A stretch of 42,198 nt of DNA, taken from NCBI GenBank assembly GCA_040357565.1, contig JBDODJ010000095.1. One strand, given 5' to 3'. Each line of letters begins with the position of its first letter. The first letter of the stretch is position 1. The notes under the pieces were generated by a model. The model saw only the letters and a list, made by a program, of their open reading frames with translations. It did no database searches and was not told the origin of the DNA. The position numbers and the translations under genes were made by a program. Below are positions 21,201 to 34,093 of the stretch, one piece after another. Origin of the DNA: Cercozoa sp. M6MM. Lineage: Eukaryota > Protista > Endomyxa: Ascetosporea.

Positions 21201-24200
21201 CCCCCCCCGTTACCCCCTGCTTTACCCCCCCCCCGGTGCAGGTGGAGCGAGAGGCCGGTCAGAATGACGTCGGCATGGTGGCGTGGCTACTGACGCTCAA
21301 GACGCCTGAGTGTGTACCTTGAATTCTTGTGTCCATTCGGCCTGTCCATCTGTACTCACATGTAGCCGGACGGTCGACCGATGGTGCTGATCGCCAATGA
21401 CATTGCCCACCAGGTAGAGCGCGTCTTTTCTGTAGCGGGTGTAGCACACCCCCCCCCCCGGTAGATGGGCACATTCGGCGTGCAAGAGGACCTGTTGTTC
21501 CACCGTGCCTCCCAGTTGGCACGTGGCATTGGCGCCCCTCGATTGGTACCACTGTGCATGTGTGTTACTGTTGAGAGAAAGTATCGCCGTGTGTCAACAC
21601 ACCCACAGTTCGTAACGGCCAACTCTGGCGCGCGCATTGGCCTGGCCGACGAAGTGCTGCAGTGCGTCAAGGTGGCCTGGAAGGTCCCGATGCAAACGGT
21701 ACCATTTGGACCCTTGTACTTGCCCATGTGTACGGTCTATAAGTGCCATCCATATGTACGGTCTATTGTACGGTCCATGTGACAGGTGGATTACTTGTAC
21801 GTGTCGCCCGAGGACTTTGAGAGCAAGCAGCTGCAGGCGTCGCTGCAGGTGGAGCCTGTGCCCGGTCAGGAGCGTCTGCGTATCACCTCAGTGGTACCAT
21901 TTGGCTCGTGTCCCACTTGGCACGTGTCCACTGCGGAGTCACTCATGTGTCTGACTGGGGATGTAGGTGGGTGCACGTGACGGTCTCGGTGTCGAGAACC
22001 TCTCCGGCAGCGGTCTCATCGCTGCCGAGACTGGTACTGAATTCATTTACCCCCCCCCCCCTTCCCTCTCCCCCCCCCCCCCCGGTAGCACGTGCCTACG
22101 ACGATGTGGTCACTCTGTCCTTCGTCAGCGGTCGCGCCGTCGGCATTGGCGCCTATTTGGTACGAGAGTGATAGGGAGTAAAGGGGATGCAAATATCGGT
22201 ATGCGTAGGTGCGACTGGGTCAACGTGTGGTGCAGAAGTCGTCAGCTCCTATCATTCTCACTGGTAACACACCCTCTCTCCTCGTTGACCCCTTATCCCT
22301 TCCCCCCGTAGGCTTTGGTGCACTGAACAAGCTGCTGGGTAGCAAGGTGTACAGCAGCAACATGCAGCTGGGCGGACCCGACATCATGATGCCCAACGGC
22401 GTGTCGCACCTCCAGGTCCGTGACGACCTCTCTGGTACAGCTTACCCTAACACCTTACCTACTCCTCTCCTACCGTCCTACTCCCAGGCATGTACGCATG
22501 TCTGCGCTGGCTGGCCATGGTGCCGCCGGTCAACACGCCACTGCCGGGCCACGGGCCGCACTCGTGGCTGCTGCGCCGACTGAGCGACGGTCGCGTGCGG
22601 CGCTTCTTCGCGCTCGACGCTGCCGATCGGCAATTGCGCGATCCCTTCGTGGTATGTCCCTTCGTATTCGTACATCCTATCCCCCCCCCCCCCCCCCGTA
22701 TTCCTCCTCCTATCCCTATACCCTCTATCTTTTCGGCAGGGCCAGGAGAGCGGCGAGCGCGACCCGCGGAGTCTGCTGCGCGAGCTGTGCGACGCCGGCA
22801 GTTTCCTCGAGGTGCAGCACGAGTGGGCCAAGAGTGTTGTCGTCGGCCGCGCTCGACTTGGCGGCGTTCCTATCGGGTGAGCCCCCTCCTACCCGCTCTT
22901 ACCTCTTACCTTCCTGTGTGCAGTCTGGTGTGCGCGGAGACGCGACTGACCGAGTCGGTTGTGCCTGCCGATCCTGCTGTACGAGTCAACTTTCACGCTT
23001 TGTCCCCCTAACCCCCCCCCCCCCGTCTAAACAGGCTCCAGACGACACGCAGCAGGAGCAAGTGTTGCAGCGTGCCGGTCAGGTAGGCAGAGGGTCTATT
23101 CTATACGCATACATGTATTTATATATATATATCTACCTCCTTCAATGTCTGTATATTGTATGTATGTGCATATGTATATGACAGGTCTGGTTCCCGGACA
23201 GTGCGCACAAGACGGCGCAGTTCATTGCTGACGTTGATCGCGAAAAGGTGCAAATCGTCTAGCCGCTTTACCCCCTAGTCGCTTTACCCCCTGATATAAC
23301 AGTTGCCGCTCTTCATTGTGGCCAACTGGCGCGGATTCAGTGGCGGTCAGCGTGACATGTACGCCGAGGTGCTCAAGGTACACTCTGTTTAGTGCTGTTT
23401 GAGAAGGTCAGGGTACAGACGCGTGTCATGCTGGTAGTTCGGTGCCCTCATCGTGGACGCACTGCGTCGATACTCGCAACCCGTCTTTGTGTACGTGCCG
23501 CCGCTGGGCGAGCTGCGTGGCGGGTACACCTAACATACCTGCCCAACGTACGCTCCTCATCAGCACTTGCATACTTTCATACACAGTGCCTGGGCTGTGT
23601 TGGACTCGTCGATCAATGCGCGCATGATGGAGATGTACGCCTCGCCGCAGGCACGCGGTGGTGTGCTCGAGCCGGAGGGTACCCGTTTGTTGCCTTGTGT
23701 CTCTTGTGTTGTGTGTATGCCTTATGTTGAGTACAGGCACCATCGGCATCAAGCTGCGCAAGCCAAAACTGAAGGCGATGGCGCACCGTCTGGACGACAA
23801 GTAAGTGCCCCTTGCCCACCTTCCGCGCGCGCTTTCACTTCTTAAGATTTACCTATGGGTACACAGACTGCAGGCGCTCGACTCAATTGAGCAGACTCCT
23901 GAGGTCGTCAAGGAGGTATTACCTTGCTTTATCCCTTGTGTGCATAAGTGAGTGTGTGTGTAGGTGGCAGAGCGCGAGCAGCGTGTGATGCCGGCGATGC
24001 ACCAGGTCGCTCTTTCTTTCGTCGGGCTGCACGACGCACCCGGTCGCATGGTACTCATCTCGTGATTTCTAAATGACCTTGCCTTGTCTGGCATTCCCGG
24101 TTGTGGCCAGGCTGCCAAAAAGGTCATCTCGTCGGTCGTGCCGTGGCAAGACGCGCGTCGTTTCTTCGCGTACCGTCTGCGCTGTCGCCTTGTCGTGCTT

Positions 24201-24588
24201 GACGCAGTAGAGGTGTGCGCAAGAACATATTTTTTGCCTGTGTGTACTTGGTGGGTGCATAGCGACTGCGCAAGGTCAACGCAAATGCGACCGAGAGCGA
24301 CGTGTTCGGACTGCTGCCGCCAGCGCTCACGACACTGCATAGCGATGCGCCTTTCGACGCCGAGACCAACCGCGCCATCTACGAGTGGCTATGTGGCGAT
24401 GGTGGCCGTGCTGCTGTGCAGGCTTGCATCGACGCCAAACTTCGACAGGCGCGTGTGCAGCAGGTAACAGTGTTCCTGTTCGTCGTTCCTAACCTAGCTT
24501 TGTACATGTGCGTTTTGACTAGATCGAGGCGCTGCTGCAAGATGAGGAGGTGCTCAAACTGCTGCGTGAGCGACTTGGCTCTGCGTGA
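12293..24588 (+). CDS. ACC1: Eukaryotic multidomain acetyl-CoA carboxylase (BC-BCCP-central-CT), about 87 introns
   Basis: Spliced motifs: [71 protein letters not shown], biotin site EVMKM (16245-16259), [59 protein letters not shown]; stop TGA 24586-24588. Confidence 0.97.
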
Positions 24589-24929
24589 GTCAACGCAGTT
24601 CGGATTGCGCGCAGTCGAGTGACGACGTATGATGCTAACAATCGACGAGTTGCGGAACGAAGTCGTGTCCTTTCCGTTCGACTTCGATTGACGCGAGGGC
24701 TAGCGCTACGCTAGCTATATTGAGTATACACGACGTATACGTAGCTCAACAAGTAATTTTAAGGTACCTGCGGGTCGTGTGCGGTTCCTTTCAAACCCGT
24801 TCGCGCATGGTCGCGTCGGTCAGGGTTTGTCCCGGATTGGCGGGGCGTTTTTGAAAATCCAACCGTTAGACGTTGTGGGCTTTCCTCGCCTAAGTTTCCT
24901 TGACGGACCTTATTATATGCCGTTGGAGG

Positions 24930-25136
24930 GGGTATGGCGGGGTTTTCGAGGCAAAATCAGAATTAAAGAGGGAGTAAGGGGGCTAAAGGGGGGTAAGGGG
25001 CTAAAAGGGGGTAAGGGGGCTTAAAGGGGGTAAGGAGGCTAAAAGGGGGTAATGAGGTAAGGGTTAAGGGCTAGGGGGGTTAAGGGGGTAGATTTGGGGG
25101 GGGGTCGGTTTTACCTCGAAAAACCTCGCCATACCC
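24930..25136. mobile_element. MITE with ~29-bp TIRs enclosing a degenerate G-rich tandem array
   Basis: Left gggtatggcggggttttcgaggcaaaatc; reverse complement of right end gggtatggcgaggtttttcgaggtaaaacc; degenerate ~9-bp TSD gccgttgga (24919-24927) / gcccttggg (25137-25145); internal taaggggg/ctaaaggggg units. Confidence 0.8.
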
Positions 25137-25331
25137 GCCCTTGGGTGTCTGGTACGTTTAGGTAGTTACTGTAAGAGTTTACCCCAGGAAGGTTCCCGGT
25201 TTTCACTTTTTTGACGATAGGGATTTCCCATACAAGACCAAAGAAAAAAAGCGGCCCGCTAATTCGGGACATGCTCAAGGTCAGCCATCAGCCAGCTAGC
25301 TTAAGTTTCGTGAGGGAAAGGAACACAGCAA

Positions 25332-28300
25332 TCAGACGAGGCTCTCTGACTCCACAGTTGTCACTTCCTCAGAGGACTCAGCACGTAGTTCGTGCTCCCT
25401 GTGGAAGTCGAGAACGGCACGACGCATGCGCTCCCTCTATTATAAATTGAGTTGAAAATGAGTCGGCAGTGAGGAGTTTACCTGGGATTCAAGGGTCGTG
25501 CTGAACAGCAGGTCGCGCAGAGCTCCCATACGAAACACAAAGTGCGTTTTGGCAGTCTGTTCGTCTACTTCGTCAACGGCAGAGCCGCGCAAGTCGATGT
25601 CACGATCACCTCGGAGCGCCATTCGTTGTGCAATCTGTAGCATATGTACTTGCTTCGATAGGGCAGCGCGTTTGAGTCGGAGCTGCTCTTGTGCGCGCAA
25701 AATCTCATCGTAAAGTTGCTGCACGCCCTTGTGCACGATCGTAGTAACGCGATCAACCTCACGCAACACAAGTTCGGTGGTCTTTTCGAGTCTGCAGATG
25801 AGTTCAAATAGGGTGATGACAGGTACATTCTGGTGTCGGTAGTGAAACACATAGTACTTCATGTCGGTGAGATGCTCGATGAGCAGCGCGTTTTCAGCGA
25901 AGTCGTTTTGTTTGTTGCGCCACACAAGCAGGTTGCCGCATAGTGCGATATCAACGCTGTCCCACTTGCTGTCCTTCGTCGCTCGCTCTTGGAGTGCATC
26001 GTCGTTGCCGTTACTTCCTGTCGACTTCTTTGTTCCACCACCCAGCATATCCCAGCGAGGCGGCAAGCGACGTCGTCTGTCATCAAACACTCGTGTTATG
26101 CAGGTTGTACACCCCCCCCCCCCCCCGACAGGGAACCACAAAAACAACCGTTTCTCCTTCTTGTCCTTCTTGGCTTTTTTCTTTCTCGTTTTCTTCTCCA
26201 GTGCCAGCACAGGCAGAGCTTCGTCGTTTTCCTCTTCTCGCTGTTGTCGGACTTGACTGAGCGGTAACACTGGCACAACTGGCGTGTCGGATGGCAACAC
26301 TGGCGCAACTGGCGTCTCGGAGGATGTGTTCATCGGCGTTTCTGCCGACGACATTCTTTTCTCGCGCATCGGCACCGCAGAAGTCTCGGAAATTAGTGTC
26401 GGAGACGCATCTGGCAGCCCTTCCGACGGTACCAACGGCATTTCTTCCTGGCGTACGAGAGTACTTTCTATGGCTTCTGGTTCCGGCATTGGTTGAACCG
26501 GCATTGGCATGGCCTTGGCTTCCGTCTTTTTAACCACACGCTTTGGAGAAGCAGGCTTTTTTCCACTCTCTTCGTACTTCTCCTGCACGAGAACCCTGGC
26601 TTGGCACAGTTGCGTCGAGTCACTCGTCACGAAACTGCTCAGCTGCTCACGAAGCCACACCTGTCGCGCTCGCTTCTGCACTTCCTGCTCGCTGCCGCGC
26701 TCTTTGCTCTCGGATGCTTCTTGCACGCCCTGGAGCGCCTTGAGCAGTTCGACATGCCAGAACTCCACTTTGGATAGCGGACTCAGGTTCACTAACTGTA
26801 CCTGCGAGAAGACATGATGTATATACTTAATTTTTCCCAATGAGGGAGGGGTGCCTCTCTATAAGCTATCTACCTGGAACCGGAGAGCGCTATCAACGAG
26901 TCGAGCAGCATCGGTGCGCTGTGTTTTTTCTTGCTGTCGCTGTAAGCGCAATTTCTGCCGTTTCTGTCTCGGATCACCTGCAGACTGGCCTACGCTTTCG
27001 CTTTCTTGAGGTTTCTCGAGCGTGATTTGCTTGCCCTTCTCCGAGTAACTTTGCTTTGGAAGCGCGCGACACACCTCTTCGAAGGTGAAGACTGAAACCA
27101 CACCACAGCGTATTCATGTGATAAATTTAAAATCGTGTGCTGAGCTTAATTTACTGAGTGACTGTTTTTCGACTGCGACGGTGGCGGCAGTCTTTAGCAC
27201 CAGCATGTCCTATGTTTGACCCAGTTTTAATTGAAACCCAGACAAAGCACAGACAGTGACATCATACCCCCACACTGTGCGCCCCGTCGCTGTCCACTTC
27301 AGCGTATCGAGGAGTTTCGAGTATCGACAGCCACTTCGAAAGCTACGAAATCAAAAAACAACCTTCAATGGTTGTTAATAGTCCTTTGCTTAAGTTGAGT
27401 GACCTCGGCTGCGACTTCGGAGGGGGGAGTCCGAACCACAGTGCCCCAGAGAGCTTCCGCTGGCGAAAGACGTACCGTGTCTGCAGCGTCAACAAACACG
27501 GCGCCACGTCGTTGCAACATGGCCAGCACTGCTTGTGTCCAACCAGGTCTTCCGCAGCACCGCTCGTATACGCACGCTAGTAGCTCTGTTATAACAGCTC
27601 CAGTACATCTTTGTACTTTGGCGTTATCGTTAGCTAGTGTATTACCTGGATCGACGGAGCCCGCACCAAAGCTTATTTGGATGTAAGCTTTCGTAGTGAC
27701 GACGTCCCTGTTGCGAGCGGAATCAAAAATGAAGCGGGGAGGTTCACTGGTATTTGAAAATCTCAGTTCACCAGCTTCGTAGAATGAGACGTGCATCGTG
27801 GCTTGCGCAACGTCGCCTGTGCATTAACCAACTGTGATATAAACTGCAATCAGAGGCAAGTTTTTACAGTTGGCGCCGGGTCGCGATTTCTTGCATCACG
27901 TTCGAATCATGGTCCATCGTTTTACCCTATGTTGACGAACCAGTGTTGGTACAACTGAAATGTACCAACTGGATGTAGTTGGAACTGCTGCAAGGTAAAG
28001 GGTACGCAGGCTTCCAGCATCTTCTTGTGGTGAATGCGTGACTTGCCAAAGAAGGTGAGCATGACCACCGCCAGCGATACGGCGCACTAATCGTGAATGA
28101 CAGTTGCCCGAGGTAACACCCAATAAACTGCAAACATCGAGACAAAGTTACGTTGGTATCCGTCTGCATGCGATGTTTCTTGATTCTACGACCGATGACT
28201 GTTGCCATACACCAATCGAAGAAAGACAAGTGATCGCCAGCGTCCACGCAAATGAGCACCTACATGAGTTCTATGAAGAAGTACAGTGATCAGAGCTGCG

Positions 28301-31300
28301 AACTACCGGTGCACAAGCAGCCAGCTGCCTGATCAGAGAGGTGATGACCTGCCCAAATTAACACATGCGGACACCAGCTTCGACGACTGCAAATTGTATA
28401 CAATGAAGCCCACCAAGTCAGCGCACAGTATAGTGCGAGCCATTCTGTTTTGTGTCGATATGAGTTCGCTCTCAATCGCCTTGCCCGTGTTCGACTTTTC
28501 CAATGGGTCTCGCAACCAAGGAATGCCGGAAAGGATACCCTGTTGATCGCCAAAATACTCTCCCTTATCGGACAAGGAACATTATACTTTGAAAGGACTA
28601 CCACAGTACGAACTGCCTCCTCCGCTGTCAAGGTATCAACGTCATCCTGCTTGATATTACAATTATGCGAATGCTTGATAAAGGAAGCACCCAAACTTAG
28701 GATGAGATACTGGGATGTTTCCGAGAATGACACTTAGTGACTCGGTAGACAAGTGTTCCTGACGGAGCTTGCGCGTCAGTCGCAGCACGAGTGGTTGTGC
28801 CCTTTCGGCAGCGTGCGCGGCGTCTCTCTTGTACCCGAGGGCATCGAGAGCACTCCACAGAATCTGACCAAAGGCAGGAGCGACGCAGAAAGCGCTTTGC
28901 ACAAAGCCACCGGTAGCCATGAGCACATGCGCGTGCGGTTTAACGCGATGGATCACGTCATTGATGACAACAGACTGTTGACGCATCGGTCCAATAACGC
29001 ACTTGTCTATGCCTCCACAGCTTTCAAGAACTGAGATACCTTGCCCATGCCGCTGTTGCTTTCAAGGAGGAACACTCTGCCTCGAGTGTTCGACATGGCG
29101 GCGTGTCCGAGTGCGGCCTGCATTTGAGTCGCCACCATGCGATGCGAGTATCCCACTACCCTTTGCGACCAACTACAACAGAAGGCTAGGTTCCACAAGG
29201 AGAAATACGTGCACAAGACGTGAGTCACTGTAACCTTCGCGTGTCTGCATCCGCCTCAAGGTTTCGCAGTGACAGGACATCCGTGGCGGCTTCTCGCTGC
29301 TTTTGCTCGTCGAGCATATCTGCCGATACGAGGATACTTAAGAACCAAGACAACATCAGTAAAACGGCTGCATACCTTGCACATTACAGTTTAGAGTGCG
29401 ACGTTGAACATTCCACTGCAAGCGCGTCATGTGTGTCCTTAAAAGCCACGGTGCGAAAGGTATGACAGGGATCTCTTTCCCCTACGTCGAGTTGTCTTGT
29501 AGAATTGTCATCCACCAGATATACAACAATAACTTCAAGTACCTTCAACTTAATCGGAGGCGTTCGAACGAACTCGAGACAAGGAGCCCGTCGTTCGGCT
29601 ACACGCCGCACAGTGTCGCTGGCAACGAGAACACCACCTTGCTGAACGAAGTCTTCTTCCTCCTGAGCACGCAACCTCGGTGCAGTTGCATATTGGTACT
29701 TGAGGAAGGGTACAAACAGCACATCGCCGCTCGCTGCCCCAAATTGCTGACGACGACTACGACGTGCATTGACAGCAGCTTGCTCCGCCTGTCGACCGGC
29801 GCCTTTGATGGCGGCCTGCGAGTGTCAAGCACCGTGAACGTATCCTTCCCTCTTTTGTGAAACTCTTCTATAAACACCTACACTCATAAGTCGCGCCGAG
29901 AGGTTTACGCAGTCGCCGATGATTCCATACTCTTTCTGCAGCTTTCCTCCAACAGAGCCCTGCATATTGTATAATTTAATTTTAATATATGAGCTGAAGG
30001 AAATTACTTCCACAAATATAAACACAGGAGCAAAGCCTACGATAAAGGCATTTCCGGTGGCAACACCAATGTAGCATCGAATCCCCCGTGCGGCGAAGAC
30101 ATCCCGTAACTGAACTGCCGTCTGCCAACAAACCAATTCAAGCGACCTGTTAAGTCAAAGGAGATTTAAATACCACGACGGCCCTTTCATGGGGTTGCTT
30201 GTACATCGCAGGCGGAGCTCCAAACACAGCGACGATTGTACTGCCTCTGTACGTCAAACGCAGTAAGCGCGGAGTTTGTTAGTTTCGATGAAAGTAAATT
30301 CCGTGTACTTTTCGTCAAACAGAAACTTGTTGATATCGCCTTCTGCATCGTACACTATCTCCTGCGTCAATGTCGTCACTTCTTGCAAAGTCTGATGACG
30401 AAAGTAAGTTTATTTCTGTGCATTGGTTTTAAAACTATACCAGTTTTTCAAAATACCATCAATGTTTCTTCGTCAGCTGTGTCCACGCGATGGAGCGCAA
30501 CATCAAGAGAGATGAACAGTGAGGTCACTAATCTGACTTGATTGGCCCAATTCATCACGTGCTTCCCTGCAGAAACACAATGGGCTGTGAAATGCATGTT
30601 TAAAAGTCTGTAGAAAGAAACGAAAGCGATACCACTACGTGCGGCCAGCGCAACGTACGGAAGCAACGTGTTTGGCACATAGCGCTTCAATGCTGCGAGT
30701 TGCCTACAGTTTAAATAATTCTCGCAATGAGTCGATTTCTTTCAAGAAAAGTCACCGTACCAAGAACGAGGAACCCAGGCTTCAGCCCCGGGACCTTCGT
30801 CAGTTTCGCCCGTCTGAATGTCCGTCGAGGTGATGCTGGGTCGGTGCTGTTCTTTAGGACGTTCAGTACCGTCACCAGTGTACCTGGAGACGGTGGTGTC
30901 GTCTTCGTCCACAGAAACAACTGCAGCCGCCTGTTCTAGCTTTCGGTGTGACTTAAATACACCTTTTGTTTTTCTGCGAAAACGAAGGTAAATTATGTCA
31001 CCAGCCTTTCCAGTTGAAACAGAAAAATATATGCACTCTTCTTGCCGTCGACGTGCACGCCGCTTCAAAGTTGCAGCGTCGGTTGCGACTGTGGACGGTT
31101 GCAGTTCTACCGTCATTTTGTCGAGCATCATGTGACCGTTCTCATCAACTCTGTGCTTAGTAAACTCACTATTGTTCAGCTTGATGCCCGAATCTATCAG
31201 GAAATGACGAAGCAAGATACGGTGTGCCTGTGCATGCGTGACGCACGAGCTCCCAGAAATCGTGATGAGCAATGACCTGCCCTCCCGCTGAGCAGAGCTC

Positions 31301-32337
31301 TTCTCCTCCTAGGGCGAAGCGGATGCCACTCCCGACAGGCACGGCCTCCACTCGACTGCGAAGACATTCGGTTGTTTTTTTTTACTTTTGACAAGGATCC
31401 ACTTGACGGTAGCAATTACCCTCGAATGCCACCCACATGGCAAAGAGACACTCGACCCACACCGAGACCGATTTTCACACTCAACACGATGTCTTCATCG
31501 AGGTCGGGAACTTGCTTCTTTGTCAAGACAACGCACTTGTGCAGTTCCTTTTGTATCTGCAGCGACAATGTCTTATCTGCCTCATCTTTCATCGAATGAA
31601 GCTAAGTATGCTACTACCTTCAATGCAGTGGCGGCTGCTCGAACACAGCGCCCTCGCAACTCGACTTGTGAAGTGTCGCTATGGCGAAGCAATTCTGAAG
31701 GCACAGGTGGCCAGACCGCGAGCTACATTGGTGTTGCAGATACAGCTGATAGCACAGGGAATCTAAAACTGACAACTAATGTTGACGGGTACCACTGCGT
31801 CGCCAGCCCACTTCAGAACATCGCCACCGCCCCACTGCCGAATCAGTCGCACAAGATGATGCGTGTACTTGTTGAAGGCAATCATCAGCGTCTCAAGAGC
31901 TTTGCGCTGATGTTCGTCGTCTTCTTCGTCAGTGTAGTCTGTGTCATCCTGTCAACAAGTGAAAGCAAAAGTGAGGTATTGAAAGGCCAGTGCGAACTAC
32001 TAACTCCGGGTACTGAGAAAGCGTTGAAGCGTTCGCGTCGGCGAAGAAGCCGCTCGTTTAGAGCAGTAAAGCCACTGACGTCCGCGAATAGAGCGCAAGT
32101 CGTCCAACTATGTACGGTTGGTACTGCGCAAGGCAAAGAACCTTGAATAGACCCGCCTCTGTGTGTATACGGGCAGAAAGGTAGTGATAGATTCAAACGT
32201 AAATTAATTTATATTCTACAGTTCAAGGCTTCTTCTTCGGGGGTCACTTCAAGCCACCTAGAGACAGAGCGAGAGACGTATGGCTGCAGCACTTGCCATT
32301 CCCCGCGTCGCTGAGCCTCGTTGGTTAGTTTAGGCAT
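25332..32337 (-). CDS. Soluble adenylyl cyclase-like protein (ADCY10/sAC type): two class III cyclase domains, P-loop (STAND-like) region, winged-helix-like C-terminus; many introns; start uncertain
   Basis: C1: CALFADVSGFTALNE, GGDVLKWAGDAV, LSVKIGLGVG. C2: NQVRLVTSLFISL, GDINKFLFD, IGVATGNAFI-GSVGG..KEYGIIGDCVNLSARLM. P-loop VFLLESNSGMGK-T near 29040-29075. Later MLVLKTAATV..FTFEEVCRALP and FVFRMGALRDLLFSTTLESQ-RERM resemble sAC C-terminal segments. Confidence 0.85.
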
Positions 32338-32939
32338 CCTATCTTTCAGTTACGAAGCACAGTTGCACGTAAATGTCGTCATCAGCATGGCTGCAATAAC
32401 TTTGGCGACGAAAGTGTGGTAAGTCCGAAAGTTCTTGTGCTTGCCGCATGGGGAGGGAAGTTGGCGTGGCTAATACACTCAGCGAATACAGTCTCGGGGT
32501 ATCGCACCTAAAACTTAAGTCTGGGCTTAACTTTGCCCAAGGAATGCTGGCAGGCATGGGTGCTGCTGAAAGCGCGAACAGCTTATATACTGAGCTCACA
32601 TGACGTGCCTGCATGTGCACGCGCGCGGGTGCACACCTCTCATATTCTTCAACCTAGTGCGCTGTACCGTCCAGCCAACACAGGAACACAGGTGACGTTG
32701 GATCTTTTGTAGCAAAGTTGACTCCGCGCGGACGTTTTCTGCTTGAGTCAGTTGAACTTTTGCTGTCAGTGCTGGTGCTTATCTAGATCTCGTTGTTGCG
32801 TTTCCTTTTGAGTACACTCTAAGATCCAGGTACAGGGAGCTGGGTTTCCCAAATTGTAGTCAAACTTTGCAATTGTGTCCTGACCCAGGTCGGGTGGCAA
32901 AAACAAGTTTGGTATCTCTGTCTCCGGTGCAGTTTGAAC

Positions 32940-34093
32940 ATGTCTCGCCACGGCCGGCCACAGCGCCCACGTATCAAGATGGATTTCCGTGCTTTTCAAG
33001 TTGGAGGTTGAATTTTTGACGATATATTCATGTGATGCGTCTGCAGAGAACACGGTCCGAACTTCAGTTTCGCAAACACTGGAGGGTAGACTTGAACGCC
33101 AGGTTCCGATGAAACAACTGGTTCATCAGGGAATTCTGCACGATCCACGTCACGATGTGAGTTTCAATGATGCAAAGCATCTTCTTGAAGTTCAGATGGC
33201 GCGCGACAAGATCGCTCACAATATCGTGGAGCGACCGAGTATCCACGACCTGCAACTGAAAGGTACGATATCGAGCTGAATCTACACTTTCGATACGGTG
33301 TTTTTATAGGATATATGCCCGACTCTCCTTCGCACAAAGTCGCTCCGTCAATTTCGCCCATGCACAAGAGAATGGACTTCATGTTTGCAAAGCAGAAGGT
33401 TGGACATGAACTTGACCATCGCCATAGCATGCCCGAATTACGCCATGCTGGTGTTGTCCCTGAGAGTCATGTAGCGCCAGCACTGCAAGGTATTGACTTT
33501 CCCAGCTCTTGCCAATTGTTTTGCACGGCAACACTGCTCGCACCCAGGAGCTGCGATGAGCCTTGAAAAAAACCTCGCAAAATCGAACCTCCATCATCTT
33601 TTAAAGCGACGACCTTCGATGCAAGATGTCGTGGATCGTGGCATCTTAAAGAGCGACGAAGTGCCCTATCAGACGCTGCAAACTACCGAGGTGGACGAAA
33701 GTGTGCAGCAACCAACGTTGTTCGGTCTGATGCGCTTGTTGTTGAAAGGTATTTTAATTCACAAAGTCTTTGCGAGGTTTTTTCAAGACTCATCGCAGCT
33801 CTGCTTGTTTCATTTTCTTCTGTTTGTTTGTGCTAGTCGTTTGGCGTATGTCACAACGAAACGAAATCAACAGCGCTCAAAAAATCTATCTCAAACAGAT
33901 GATTATCACCCGCGATGAGCTGATTCTCGCAGCGGCGCAGCAGTACATTGAGTCTCAAGACTACGCTGACTTCAAGGTATCTTTTTAAACCTTTAGTTGG
34001 TTTCGACGATAAAACCATGCGTGGTCAAATTACATCTGCGCGATGAACCAACAGAGCACAATCATGCAGTTGGTCGGTACGCGTCAAAAGTGA
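32940..34093 (+). CDS. RPEL-repeat (G-actin-binding) protein, ~4 repeats plus a small helical C-terminal domain; ends approximate
   Basis: LEGRLERQVPMKQLVHQGIL, IAHNIVERPSIHDLQLKG, VGHELDHRHSMPELRHAGVV and LHHLLKRRPSMQDVVDRGIL fit the RPxxxEL..GIL repeat. Confidence 0.8.

Noticed and set aside
12332-24522. ACC introns as introner transposon copies
   Set aside because: No extended intron-to-intron similarity or TIRs visible by eye beyond short branch-point-like words; a computational all-vs-all test is still needed.
4799-24588. ACP + ACC as a fatty-acid or biosynthetic gene cluster
   Set aside because: The ACP looks mitochondrial and the ACC cytosolic-type; three unrelated genes lie between them; no synthase is present.
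24779-25024. ORF ending GLKGGKGLKGGKGA
   Set aside because: It is the translation of the G-rich MITE array.
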